A stretch of 64,000 nt of DNA from positions 229,924 to 293,923 of the forward strand of contig CAVOHG010000009.1 in NCBI GenBank assembly GCA_963695655.1. Direction: 5' to 3'. The position numbers and the translations under genes were made by a program. The stretch comes from an uncultured Acidobacteriota bacterium (GTDB lineage: Bacteria; Acidobacteriota; Vicinamibacteria; Vicinamibacterales; 2-12-FULL-66-21). Below, piece by piece: positions 9,038 to 20,630 of this stretch. Below the pieces are notes generated by a model. The model ran no database searches and was not told the DNA's origin. It saw nothing but the letters and a program-made list of their open reading frames with translations. The number at the start of each line of letters is the position of its first letter. Positions within the stretch are counted from its first letter, which is position 1.

Positions 9038-10174
9038 ATGCGACACGCGACAGTGCTCGGTTCCACCCTTGCGATCCTGTGTGCCCTCGGCGTCTCGGGC
9101 TGCGGCCGGTCCGAGCCGGCGTCCGCTCCACCCGCAGCGTCGACTCCGCCGACAGCACGGCGACGCCATCAGCCGGCGGTTCTGCTAGCGCCGGGACTAC
9201 CTCAGGCACACGCCTCTACGTCTCGGACGAGACGGGTGGGCACGTGTTCGCAATCGATGCCGACAGCGGTCAGGTCGTCGAGACGATTGCCGTCGGAAAG
9301 CGGCCACGCGGAATCAAGTTGTCGCGGGATGGGAAGGAGCTGCTGGTCGCGCTGTCCGGCTCGCCGATTGCCGGGCCGGGGGTGGACGAATCGAAGCTCC
9401 CGCCACCCGACCGATCAGCGGACGGGATCGGCGTGATCGATCTCGCGACCCACAAGGTGGTGCGCAATTATCCGAGCGGTCAGGATCCCGAGGTGTTCGA
9501 CCTTTCCCCTGACGGCAAGACGCTGTACGTCTCGAACGAGGACGCGGCGCAGATGTCGGTCGTCGATCTCACGACCGGAACGATCACGAGCCGGGCGGCA
9601 GTCGGCGAGGAACCGGAAGGAGTGACGGTCCGGCCGGACGGACGCGAGATCTGGGTGACGTGCGAGGGAGACAACGAAGTCGTCGCGGTTGATGCCGCGA
9701 CGCACAAGGTCATCGCCACGATTCCAACCGGCGCACGGCCACGCGCAGTCATCTTCACGAAGGACGGCAAGACCGCATTCGTCACCAACGAAAATGCCGG
9801 GCTGGTCACGGTCGTGGACGTCGCGACTCACAAGGTGACGTCGACGGTGTCGATACCGAAAATAGAAGGTGCTCCGGCCGTGCCACGGCCCATGGGTGGG
9901 GTGCTGTCGCCGGATGGAAGCCAGCTGTTCGTCTCTCTCGGACGGGCCGGCGCCGTCGCCGTCATCGACGTCGCCGCGCGCAAGTTCTCGCGGACGATCG
10001 AGCACGTGGGCGCCCGCCCGTGGGGCATCAACATCAGCGCCGACGGGCAGAAGTTGTTTACGGCGAATGGGCTCGTCGGGCGACGTCTCGGTGGTGGACG
10101 TGGCTACGGGCAAGATCGATCGCCAGATCAAGACCGGCGGCAGCCCGTGGGGAGTTGTCGTCGTCGGGAAATAA
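9038..10174 (+). CDS. YVTN/YncE-type beta-propeller lipoprotein (two apparent indels)
   Basis: Lipobox-like VSGC; repeats VGKRPRGI, GQDPEVFDLSPDGK, VGEEPEGV, GARPWGI. Stitched from ORFs 9038, 9079 and 9869. Confidence 0.8.
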
Positions 10175-10179
10175 CGACA

Positions 10180-10217
10180 ACGTGTTACGTGCGACGTGCG
10201 ACGTGCTACGTGCGTCG
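10180..10217. repeat. Heptamer tract (ACGTGCG / ACGTGCT)
   Basis: Five 7-mers between the convergent stop codons at 10174 and 10221. Confidence 0.8.
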
Positions 10218-10220
10218 TCC

Positions 10221-12530
10221 TTAGAATTCCGCACGCAGGCGAACGGCGACGCTCCGAGGTGCGGCGACGGCGGTGCCCGAGAAGAGTCCTGCGAAATTGA
10301 TCACGTCGAGCCGGTCCGTGACGTTCCGGACTTCGGCCTGCAGTCGCAACGCGTGACGTCCTTTTCGTGCGAGCACCGCGCCCGCCGAAAGATCGAGTGA
10401 CATGTTCGGGAGCACGCGCCCGGTCTCGAAGTTCACCCGATCGACAATCGCGGCGCCAAACTGCTCGATCGCCTCGTCGCGGGTCCCGGTCACATCTTCG
10501 AACGGAAGACCGCTGCCATACGACACTGCCGCCGCCGCCCACCAGGATGCTGCGCGAATAACTGACGCGCCCACGCACTGTGTGCCGCTGATCCTGGGTG
10601 ATCGGGAAACTCTCGTCCGAGTTCAGGAGGGCCGCGCCTTCGTCGCCGAGAAATAGTCCGCCGGTAATCGGCAGATAGCCGACGCCGCGCAGGTGCGAAT
10701 AACTGAGCGACCCCGTGACGTTGTTCCAGGCCGGCACGTCGACCTTCACCTCGGTGCCCCTGATATCCGCGCGGGCGAACGCGATCGGAAAGCTGACGCC
10801 GGTATTCAGCAGCAGATCGTCGTCCGCCACGTCGCGCATCTGGCGGCTGAAATAGCTCGCATCGACGCGCACGCGGCCGAACAGCGCCTTCGTGATCCCC
10901 GCCTCGTAGAAGTTGCCACGGGACGCTGGCACCGGCAGTCGCACGACCGCATCGTTCAACGTCTCGAGCTCACCCGAGCTCGCAAGCAGCAGATTTTCGA
11001 AGGCTGGCGTCTGGAAGGCTCGATCGAACGACGCCCTGAGCACGAGCTCACGCGGCCGGCCACGACCACGCGACAGCAAGCCGCGGGCTGATCGCGCTGT
11101 CGTCCACGACGAGGTGGTAATGATCCCAGCGCAAGCCGCCAGAGAGGGTCCAGTTGCCGTAGCGCGCCTGGTCCTGGACGAAGAGCGCGTACTCCCGATC
11201 CCGTCGGCGATCGTCGAACGCGAACTCGGGCGGAGTGCCCTCGTCGAACAGATCAGGATCGGTGATCTGGTAGCCGAACTGCTCGCGGACCTCGCCGGCG
11301 CTCATGTCGGTGCCGGCCTTCAGCTCGTGCGCACCAACGCTCGCCGACAGGGTGGCTTTGACGTACATCTCGCGAAAGCCACGATCCTGTTCCGCAATCA
11401 CCGGCGTGGACGACGGGTTGGACCAGAGACCGGCGGAAAGATCCCGAGCCATGCCGCGGACATCGCCAAGGAGCTTCGGCGAAAAGATCTTCTGGTAAGA
11501 GAACTGGGCGCCGGTTTCCGTGGCGTCGCGGTCCTGGCGCTGCCCGGCTGCCTGCTGCACGTGTTCGTTCGGCACCAGGAAGTCCGACTGACCGTAGCGG
11601 ACGATGAGTGCAATACGGTCCGAGTTCGAGCAGATCGCGCTCGACGTGAAGCGAGCCGTTCGTTGTCGAGCCGTGATTGGTGAAGTTCTCTTCGACTGGC
11701 GGATCCAGGTACCTGTCCGTCACCGCCGTCGACGCCGCCACGCTTGCCGACCATCGATCGGCGCCGTACTCCGTCAGCGCATCGACACTGCCGGCACCAA
11801 AGCTCCCGACAGAGCCCGACACAGCGCCTCCGAGCCCGCGTCGCGTTTGCGACGTCGTCACGACCTCGATCACGCCGCCCAGCTTTCGTCCGTACTCGGC
11901 CGGGTAGCCGCCGGTCAGTATGTTCATCGCCCGAACATCTTCCGAGCCGAACTCGGGAGCGAACGCCGGCGACCGGTTGTCCGTCAGCGGCAGCCCGTCG
12001 ACGATGTACTGCGTCTGGTACTCGGAGCCTCTCGGGTGAAGGATCCCGTTCGCTTCGAGCAGCCAGCCTGGTTGCGTGTTCACGAGGTCCGGGAGCGCAC
12101 GCCCGGGCAACGCCGTCGTCCGCTGTTCGAGTGCATCGGAGCCGATCCGATGGGAGGTCGCGGTCCGGCGAACGTCGAGGAGGGTATCGGCCGCACTGAC
12201 GCTGACTTGCGCCTGGACGGCCGCGAGCGCGAGCACGACGGGATAGTCCAGCGGCAGGGCGGAATGTATTTCGACGATGCTGTTGAAGGGGGTGAACCCG
12301 CTGCGGACGGCGCTCACGCGGTATCGACCGAACGGAAGCCGCCGTGCCGAGACCCGGCCCTGAGGGTCGGTCTCGAGCGCCAGGTCGACCTGGGTAGCTT
12401 CGCTCGATATCTCGACCCGTCCCGGCAGGGGCAGCCCGCCCGGATCCGTCACAATCAGGCGCAGTTCGCCTGTATTGCTCTGGCTGAACTGGCCAAGAGC
12501 AAACAGCAACGCCCACACCCAGTGAGGCAT
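10221..12530 (-). CDS. TonB-dependent receptor (several apparent indels)
   Basis: Carboxypeptidase-regulatory-like N-terminus, plug motif GGYPAEYGRKLGGVIEV, LSGGLRWD, C-terminal Phe. Stitched from ORFs 11253, 11048, 9415 and 10221. Confidence 0.8.
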
Positions 12531-12607
12531 GCGATCATTATGGTACAAGAGCAGACACGTCGAAGCTGGTCTGACTCGGCGCCCGCGCGCTTGACGATGG
12601 AGATTTG

Positions 12608-14981
12608 ATGCTGGTTGTCGCTGTCGCCCTGATCATGCACGCGTGGAGCCCGGGCGACGCTCCATCTCGCCCGCGGGATCGTCGCGTACGCCGTGCAGGC
12701 CACCGCAAACGTCAATCGAGCAGTCACCGGGGTCGTCCGCGATCCGGTCGGTGGCATCATCGCCGGCGCCACGATCGTCGCCCGCGCCGGTGGACACGAG
12801 CAGCAGACCGTCACGGATGCCGACGGCCGGTTCGCCGTCAGCGTCGAACCCGGCATCGAGGTCGTCGTCACCGTCCGGGCGTCCGGGTTCGCAGAGGCGA
12901 CCAGGACCATCCGCGCCGGGACCGGTGCGACCGGCCTGGAGTTCGTCCTTGGGCCCGAGCGGATCACCGAAGCGGTGACGGTTACCGCAACGCGCGGGGA
13001 ACGCCGTACGTCGGACGTGCCCGCAAGCGTCAATGTGCTCGGCCACGAAGACATCAGGCAGTCTCCCGCAGTCGTGGCGGACGACGTCCTGCGCCAGATC
13101 CCGACGTTCAGTCTCTTCCGCCGCACGAGCAGCCTGGCCTCGCATCCGACCGCGCAGGGCGTCTCTCTACGAGGCGTCGGCCCGAGCGGTGTCAGCCGCA
13201 CGCTCGTCATGCTCGACGGTGTGCCAATCAACGATCCATTCGGCGGGTGGGTTTACTGGTCCCGGATTCCGCTCGAAACCGCCGAGCGGATTGAGGTCGT
13301 GGACGGATCCAGCTCGAGCCTTTACGGCAACTACGCGATGGGTGGCGTCATCAACGTCATCACCAGCGCGCCCACGCGCCGGACGTTCGAGATGAAGTCG
13401 CAGTACGGCAGCCGCAACTCGCCCAAGGTGGACTTCTACGGCAGCGACCGCATCGGCAAGCTCGGCATCGCGGTCGACGGCAACTTCTTCGACACCGACG
13501 GCTACCCCATCGTCCGCGCCAGCGAGCGCGGCCGCGTCGACAACAACGCGGCAGTCAAATTCTGGAACGCGAATGTGAAGGCGGACTACGCGCCGACGGA
13601 TCGCATCCAGACCTTCGCGCGCTTCGGCTATTTCAGCGAGAACCGCGCCAACGGCAAGGCCAGCACCATCGATCAGACCGAGGAGGCAAACGACACGACC
13701 TGGAAGTCGGGCAGTGCCGGCGCCAGAGTGCGTCTACCCGACGAGAGCGATCTCCAGGCGACGGTCTTCGTCGATCGTGAGACCTTTCACAGCAACTTCC
13801 TCGCGGTGCCGGCAGCGACGCCGCCGCGCAGCATCGGGCGGATGACGTTGACCCAGACCGTGCCGACGACTGGGGTCGGCGGGATGGTGCAGTGGTCGCG
13901 CGCGTTCCGGAACACGCAGTTTTTCACCGCCGGTGCAGACTGGCGATGGGTTGACGGGGACAGCCAGGAGAACGGGCTCGACGCAGTCACGGGAACACAG
14001 GTCGTTCTCAATCGCGTCTCCGGAGGCACGCAGCGCAGCGCCGGTTTCTACGTGCAGGATCTGATCGTCCCGAGCTCACGCTTCACCATCACGCTGAGCT
14101 CGCGTGTCGATCGATGGCGCAACTACGACGGCCACAATCTCGAGACGAGCGCCATCACCGGTCTGCCAACGGCGGGAAACGTTCCAGCGCTTCCCAATCG
14201 AGACGATGTCGTGGTGAGTCCGCGCGCTGCCGCCCTCTATCACCTGACCAGCAAGATCGACGTCTGGGGTGATGTCGGCTGGGGCTTTCGTGCACCGACG
14301 CTGAACGAGCTGTATCGCCAGTTCCGGGTCGGCTCGACGCTGACACTCGCGAATCCCGCGCTCGGGCCTGAACGTCTCGTCGGTGGCGAAGCGGGCGTGA
14401 CCATCTCGCCGGTGGACCGGCTCACGATTCGGTCGACGTGGTTCGACAACCGCGTCACCGACCCGGTCTCGAACGTCACCGATCCGGCGAGGAGCACGCC
14501 GACCGCGATCACCCAGCAGCGGCAGAACCTCGGCAAGACCCGCATCTGGGGGATCCAGAACGACGTCGAGTACCGCATCGGTTCGTCGTGGAGGATTGGC
14601 GCCGCGTATGTCTACGACCAGGCGCGGGTGACGGAGAACCCGTCGAATCCGATCCTCGTCGGCCGCTACCTTCCGCAGGTCCCGGTCAACCGGGGATCTG
14701 TCCGCTTCAGCTATGTGAATCCAAAGCTCGCGACGATTGCCGCCAGCGTGCAGGGTCTCGGGGCGCAGTTCGACGATGATCTGAATCTCGCGTCCCGGAG
14801 GCTGCCGAGCTACGCGGTTGCCGACCTGACCGCATCGCGCGGGTTCGGCCGCAATCTGGAAGTGTTCCTGGCGGTCCAGAACATGTTCGACGCGGAGTAT
14901 TTCGTTGGAACGCTGCCGACGACGGTCGGCGCACCCAGGTTCGTCAGCGCGGGCTTCCGGCTGAGAGTCGGCGGCCGCTGA
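12608..14981 (+). CDS. TonB-dependent receptor (apparent indel in the signal-peptide region)
   Basis: EAVTVTATR, SLRGVG...RTLVMLDGVP, ERIEVVDG.SSSLYGNYAMGGVINV, GFRAPTLNELY and VQNMFDAEY motifs. Confidence 0.93.
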
Positions 14982-14990
14982 ACCTGACGT

Positions 14991-15449
14991 CTACTGCCCT
15001 GCACACGCGGCGCGGTGATACGGGAACTCGACCCGCTTCGGCTGCCCGTTGATCGTGCCGTCGATCCACCCGGTCAGCGCGTCAGGCCCGTCCCGCCGAT
15101 AACCGACACGCTGCGGATAGTCGTGCTCGGGATTCTCGAAGATCACTTCCGTCTCCGTCGCGCGACTCGCCACGAACCGGGCCGCCGCCTGCCCCGACGG
15201 ATGCGCCTCGTAGGCGAGCCGCCCCTCCTGCTCGCGGATCAGCACCGACTCGTATTCGACGAGCGTCTCCCCGCGCACCGTGCGGCCCATGCCGAGCATG
15301 GTCCCGGCGCGTGGCCGCATCCACTGCTCCTCGACGATGCGCTGCGGCGAGGCGAGCTGCCAGCATCCCTGGAGCCACTCGACGCGCTGGATCGTCAGGG
15401 CCTGCGGAGCACAGACAGCAGCTGCGATGAGGACGATGACTGTGATCAT
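14991..15449 (-). CDS. DUF6265-like exported protein
   Basis: WLQGCW...EEQW...GTMLG...FENPEHDYPQRVGY pattern. Confidence 0.75.
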   Translation of the reverse strand: MITVIVLIAAAVCAPQALTIQRVEWLQGCWQLASPQRIVEEQWMRPRAGTMLGMGRTVRGETLVEYESVLIREQEGRLAYEAHPSGQAAARFVASRATETEVIFENPEHDYPQRVGYRRDGPDALTGWIDGTINGQPKRVEFPYHRAACAGQ

Positions 15450-15544
15450 TTCGACTGAACCATATCTCAGCTCGAGCAGTGTTGCCCATCAACTTTCGCC
15501 CTTTGTTCGGCACACATCCTGCAAACCGTTCCAGCACGAGGTGA

Positions 15545-15775
15545 ATGATGGCCGACGAACAGCATCAGACCGACGATCAGCGGCAGCCGGCTTCCAATAC
15601 GGTGAAGGATCCGGACCAGTGGAAAACCGGCGACGAACCGATGACCGGTGCGCAACGTTCCTATCTGAACACGCTTGCGAGCGAGGCCGGCGAGCAGGTG
15701 GACGAGGACCTCACGAAGGCCGAGGCATCGAAACGCATCGACGAACTGCAGGAGAAAACCGGCCGCGGCAAATAG
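15545..15775 (+). CDS. DUF3072 small protein
   Basis: KDPDQW.TGDEPMTGAQRSYL.TL...LTKAEASKRIDELQ pattern. Confidence 0.85.
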   Translation: MMADEQHQTDDQRQPASNTVKDPDQWKTGDEPMTGAQRSYLNTLASEAGEQVDEDLTKAEASKRIDELQEKTGRGK

Positions 15776-15794
15776 CGCCGTGTAAAATCAGGGC

Positions 15795-16085
15795 GTGACC
15801 CTCGAGCAATTCCGGGAGAGTACCGAGGCGGCAGAACCGCCCGTCGATGCGTCGCCCGCGCTGGTCGCGCTGTGGCACGACGCACGCGGCGACTGGAAGC
15901 GGGCACACGAGACGGCGCAGGACATCGACGCGCCGGAAGGTGCATGGATTCACGCCTACCTCCATCGCAAGGAAGGCGATCTCCCGAATGCCGGCTACTG
16001 GTATCGACGTGCCGGCAAGCCGGTGTGCACCGGCAGTCTCGACGCGGAATGGGCGAGCATCGCGACCGCGATGCTCGCTCCCTGA
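15795..16085 (+). CDS. Conserved hypothetical protein
   Basis: W..AH..AQ...AWIHAYLHRKEGD..NAGYWYRRAG pattern; fits the spacer between neighbours. Confidence 0.75.
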   Translation: MTLEQFRESTEAAEPPVDASPALVALWHDARGDWKRAHETAQDIDAPEGAWIHAYLHRKEGDLPNAGYWYRRAGKPVCTGSLDAEWASIATAMLAP

Positions 16086-16091
16086 TCACGA

Positions 16092-18554
16092 TTATTCGTA
16101 GCGGAGCGCGACGATCGGGTCGACGCGGCTCGCCCGCCGCGCCGGGAACCACACCGCAAACAGTGCCACCAGCGTGAGCACCAGCGGTACGCCGCCGAAC
16201 ACGACCGGATCGCGAGCGGTGACACCGAACAGCAACGCCGAGATCCCCCGCGCAAGGTAGAACGAGACGCCAAGGCCGATCACCACGCCGACGACTGCCA
16301 GTTTCATCCCCTGCAGGACGACCATGTTCTTGACGTGCGAGACCTGCGCTCCGAGTGCAAGGCGGATCCCGATCTCCTGCGTCCGCTGCTCCACCGAATA
16401 CGCCATCAGGCCGTAGATGCCGATTGCCGCCAGCAGCAGCGCCGACGCCCCGAACACCGTCATCAGCCACATGTTGAACCGCTCCCGCGAGGTCGAGAGC
16501 GACACGACCTCGGCCATCGTGCGCACGTCGGTGACCGGCAGCCCCGTGGCCTGCCGGAGTTGCTCCTGCACCGCCGCGGCAACCGAGTGCGGCTCTCCCT
16601 GCGTGCGAATCACCCACGCGACTGGCGTGAGGCTGACGTTGAGCGCGTTTGCCGCGTCCGGCACCTGCGCCTGCGGAATGTACATCGTCGGATTCGGATC
16701 GGAGTTCAGTCCGCCGGCGTGCGTGTCACCCACGATGCCGATGATCTGGCGGTCGGGCTCATCCTTGAACTCGCGCATGACCGTCCGGCCGATGACCACG
16801 CGATCCTTCAGCGGATCACCCTTGGGCCAGAACTGCCGCGCCATCGCTTCGTTGATGATCACGACTCCGGGGGCGGCGTGGTTGTCACGCTCGGTGAACT
16901 GACGGCCACTCTTGAGCGGGATCTTGAACACGTCGAAGTACCCGGGCGACACCGTGGTCCAGCTGCCGCCGCCGTGGAACGGACCGTCGTTCAAGGGACG
17001 ACCAATGACCGTGAACGGGAGACCGTAGCCGCCCTGCAACGGCACACAGCATGTCGCGCTGGCGTTGACCACGCCGGGGATCGCCTTGAGCCGCTCGACG
17101 GCGTCACGAATCGCCTGCTCGACCCCTTCGGATTTCTGATACCTCGGTCCGGTCAATGACATTCTCATCGTCAGCACATGATCGGCATCGAAGCCCGGAT
17201 CGACGTGCCCGAGAGCGACGGCCGTACGAATGAGGAGTGCGGAGCCGATGAGGAGGATGAGCGCCAGCGCGACCTCGACGACGACGAGGACGGAGCGCGC
17301 CTTGTTCTGCCGGAAGCCTGTTCCGGACCGGCCGCTGCTCTCCTTGAGCGTTGTCGTCAGGTCCGTCTTCGAGCTTTGCAGCGCCGGGATGAGTCCGAAG
17401 AGGATGCCCGTCGCCAGTGATACGCCGAGCGTGAACGCCACCACGCGCCAGTCCACGCCGACGAGTGCGCCGTCCTCGCCGACGCGCGGCAGGCCGGCGG
17501 TGTTGACGGCGAGGAGCGTGCGGATGCCGACGAGGCCGAGGAGCAGCCCGAGCACACCGCCAACCATCGAGAGCAGCACGCTCTCGGTCAGCAGCTGGCG
17601 AATGATGCGACCGCGGGTGCCGCCGATGGCGACGCGGATCGCAATCTCGCGCCGCCGCCCGGTCGCGCGCACGAGCAGCAGGTTGGCGACGTTCGCGCAC
17701 GCGATGAGCAGGACGAAACTGACCGCGCCGGCGAGCACGAGCAGAAGCGGGCGGACATTGCTGACCAGCACATCGCGAATCGGCTCGACGGTGAAGGTGC
17801 CGGTCTTGCCGAGCGAGTTCGGGTACAACCGCTTGTAGTCTTCGGCCGACAGCTTGAGACGTGCCTTCGCCTGCTCGAGCGTGACCCCCGGCTTCAACCG
17901 GCCGGCCACCTGGAAGTAGTGCCCCTGATCTTTTGCGTTCGGATCGAGCTTGAATGGAAGCCAGACCTGCGGCGGCCGGCCGAACTCCTGGAAGTTGAAG
18001 TCACCGAGGACGCCGATGATGGTATAGCTGTCGCCGCTGAGCGAGATCGGCTTGCCGATGATGTTCGGGTCGCTGTTGAACCGTGACATCCACAACTGAC
18101 GGCTGATCACCGTCACCCGCTCCGCGTCTGGAAGATCCTCCTCGGGCGTGAACGTGCGGCCGAGTGCGACACGCGCGCCGAAGGCACGGAAGAAATCCGC
18201 CGAGACCTGCCCCGATCGAAGCTGCTCGGGGAAGTTGCCGCTGGTGTAGTTCACGACGCCGGTGCGGAACGCGGAGGCGTCCTGGGTGACGCTGGTCTGC
18301 TGACGGTAGTGCGCAAACTTGGCCGGCGAGGCTCCCGGTCCCGATGAGCCGGGCGCGGTGAACATCACGAGCGTATCCGGGTCCGGATACGGAACGGGTT
18401 TCAGCAGCACCGCGTTCACCACCGAAAAGATCGCCGTATTCGCACCGATACCGAGCGTGAGCGCCGCAATGGCCGCGGCGGTGAACGCGCGGCTCTGGGC
18501 GAACATCCGCAATGAGTGCTTGAGGTCCCTGACAAACGTCTCGAAATGCTGCAT
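16092..18554 (-). CDS. Duplicated MacB/FtsX-type ABC permease (ADOP-like)
   Basis: LGIGANTAIFSVVNAVLL, LLIACANVANLLL, RTQEIGIRLALGA and RRASRVDPIVALRYE motifs. Confidence 0.95.
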   Translation of the reverse strand: MQHFETFVRDLKHSLRMFAQSRAFTAAAIAALTLGIGANTAIFSVVNAVLLKPVPYPDPDTLVMFTAPGSSGPGASPAKFAHYRQQTSVTQDASAFRTGVVNYTSGNFPEQLRSGQVSADFFRAFGARVALGRTFTPEEDLPDAERVTVISRQLWMSRFNSDPNIIGKPISLSGDSYTIIGVLGDFNFQEFGRPPQVWLPFKLDPNAKDQGHYFQVAGRLKPGVTLEQAKARLKLSAEDYKRLYPNSLGKTGTFTVEPIRDVLVSNVRPLLLVLAGAVSFVLLIACANVANLLLVRATGRRREIAIRVAIGGTRGRIIRQLLTESVLLSMVGGVLGLLLGLVGIRTLLAVNTAGLPRVGEDGALVGVDWRVVAFTLGVSLATGILFGLIPALQSSKTDLTTTLKESSGRSGTGFRQNKARSVLVVVEVALALILLIGSALLIRTAVALGHVDPGFDADHVLTMRMSLTGPRYQKSEGVEQAIRDAVERLKAIPGVVNASATCCVPLQGGYGLPFTVIGRPLNDGPFHGGGSWTTVSPGYFDVFKIPLKSGRQFTERDNHAAPGVVIINEAMARQFWPKGDPLKDRVVIGRTVMREFKDEPDRQIIGIVGDTHAGGLNSDPNPTMYIPQAQVPDAANALNVSLTPVAWVIRTQGEPHSVAAAVQEQLRQATGLPVTDVRTMAEVVSLSTSRERFNMWLMTVFGASALLLAAIGIYGLMAYSVEQRTQEIGIRLALGAQVSHVKNMVVLQGMKLAVVGVVIGLGVSFYLARGISALLFGVTARDPVVFGGVPLVLTLVALFAVWFPARRASRVDPIVALRYE

Positions 18555-18612
18555 AGGTATTCGTTAGACGGTGATGAGCGGCTTTTTGTTGTGAGTGTCG
18601 GTGTTCAGAAAC

Positions 18613-18636
18613 GTAGCTTCCGCCTTCAGGCGGAAG
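18613..18636 (+). repeat. GTAG-type REP palindrome
   Basis: GTAG-CTTCCGCC-TTCA-GGCGGAAG. Confidence 0.88.
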
Positions 18637-18702
18637 AACTCTCGTTTCGTCCCACCAGTCGCACCAGGCAATCTGATGTGCGCCTCTTCCGAGAGGCGCG
18701 AT

Positions 18703-19373
18703 TCACCGCTGCTGCCACACGCTCTCGAGTGCAGCGACCGATGCGATCAGGTGCGTGTGCGGGGCTGCCGCCAGGGTGTCGCGATCGTGCGCGCCCGAGA
18801 GCACCCCGATGTTCCACCCCACGCCGGCGTTGAACCCGGCCTGCAAGTCGAGCGCGGTATCCCCCACCGTCGCGACCGACCGCACCTGGCAGGTGCCGGT
18901 CAGTTCCATCGCATGGTGTATGAGGTACGGCGCGGGCCGGCCCGCGGATACGTCGTCGCCACAGACGACGGCATCGACGACATCCCGCGTCCAGCCGAGG
19001 GCGTCGAGCAACAGGGTGGTGGTGTCGCGATCGAACCCGGTCGTGAGGGCGGTGCGAACCTGCCTCCTGCGAAGGGTGGAGAACGCTTCTACAGCGCCCG
19101 GTATTGCGCGGACGCTCGCGGAGTACCGCCGTGCGAGGCCGGCGCGGAATGCATCGTAAACGGCGTCGACGCGATCCGGCCGCCGCGCCGCATCGGGGAT
19201 GAACCGTGTGAGTGCCTCTCGCTTGGACGACCCGCGAACGTCTCGAATCTGCGTCGGGCGTCACCTGGATGCCTTCGTCGATGAAGCGCCTCGGCAAACG
19301 CCGCCGGGACCTGGCCGTCGTCTTCAACCGTGGTGCCGGCGAGGTCGAAGACGACCAGTGCCAGCCCGGTCAC
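18703..19373 (-). CDS. HAD-superfamily phosphonatase-like hydrolase (several apparent indels)
   Basis: LVVFDLAGTTVED motif I; GRPAPYLIHHAM, VGDTALDLQAG and GVLSGAH in downstream frames. Confidence 0.8.
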
Positions 19374-20477
19374 CTGCCGAAGTCCAGCGGCGGGGCCGCA
19401 TTCGGCTGTGCCGATCGATAGTCCTCGCCAAGCAGCGCGGCGACCGTCGCCGCCACCTGTGCCTGCGTCGTCGCAACGCCTCTACGAACACCGCGCTGGC
19501 TGCACTCCGGGGCCCATCACTGCCATCCAGATGCGATCGGATTCCGGGACCTTTTCTCCATGGCTCGTCCAGTTCGCGGAGCTCTCACCACGGCCATGGT
19601 CGGTGGCAAGAACCAGCGCCGTCGTGCCAGCGTACTCGGGCAACGCCTGGGCGGCTTCCCACAGCTGGCGAATGAAACGGTCGTTCCGGCGTGCCGCGTC
19701 GAGATAGAGGTCGTAGCGGCGGCCGTGTGCCCATTCGTCGGTTTCGCCGAGCATGACGTAAAGCACACGCGGACGTTTCTGGCGCAGGTATTCGAGCGCA
19801 CCGAGCCCGGTTGGCGCATCGAACCGCTCCTCGGCCCAGTAGGGCGGCAGCTCAGCGGCGAACTCGTTGATCGCTTTCTCGCGCTCTGATGTCGCATTGG
19901 CAATCGGCGGACCTGCAGCATTCGAGGGGACGCCGCTTCGCTGCTCGTTCAGGATCCAGGGCAGAAGCTGCCACGACGCGAAGGCCGCCACCTTGCCGGC
20001 GAATGCAGGACGCCGATTGAGCCATTCGAGCACGGTGACGTTGGGGTTGAGCACGCGATCGTTGCTGTCGATCCGCGGATCCGGTGATCCGGTCAGCATC
20101 TCGTTGTAGCCCGGGTACGAGAACCGAAGGCCGTTGGTAACGCGTGCGATGCTGTCCTGCGAGGCGTCGCCGAAGACCTGCCCCTGACGTGCAACCGTGC
20201 CCCACAGGAACGGCATCAGCTTCGCGCGACGCTCTTCCGGCGTCGAACCGCCGAACTGCTCCTGCGAACGCTGCGGGCTCGGTGATCCCGCCGGCCTCTT
20301 TGGTCAGCAGCTCCGACGCGAGGCCGCCGAACACTTCCTGCCAGCGCATGCCGTCGAGCGTGACCACGAGCACGTTCGCTGCCTTTGGCTCCTGCCGCGC
20401 CGCCACGCTCGGCGACGGCCAGCATCGTCACCGACACCAGGATCCAGACGTTCAGTGGCGCGCAAGCGTGATCTCAT
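19370..20477 (-). CDS. Alkaline-phosphatase-superfamily metalloenzyme (several apparent indels)
   Basis: VVTLDGMRWQE, FSYPGYNEML, LGETDEWAH and LATDHGRG motifs. Start is approximate; the reconstructed stop overlaps the GTG of the HAD gene. Confidence 0.78.
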
Positions 20478-20630
20478 GCGCGAATCATATCGCCCCCGCA
20501 GCGCTCCCGACTATAATCGCCGCTCTCTTCGCCAGTCAGCGCTCGCTGCCTCTCGGTAAGGCGGGCACATAGTAATGCGGCGGTCCCATCCAGCCCCGCA
20601 CGGGCCTCCGGCCAGCCTGAAGGAGATTTC

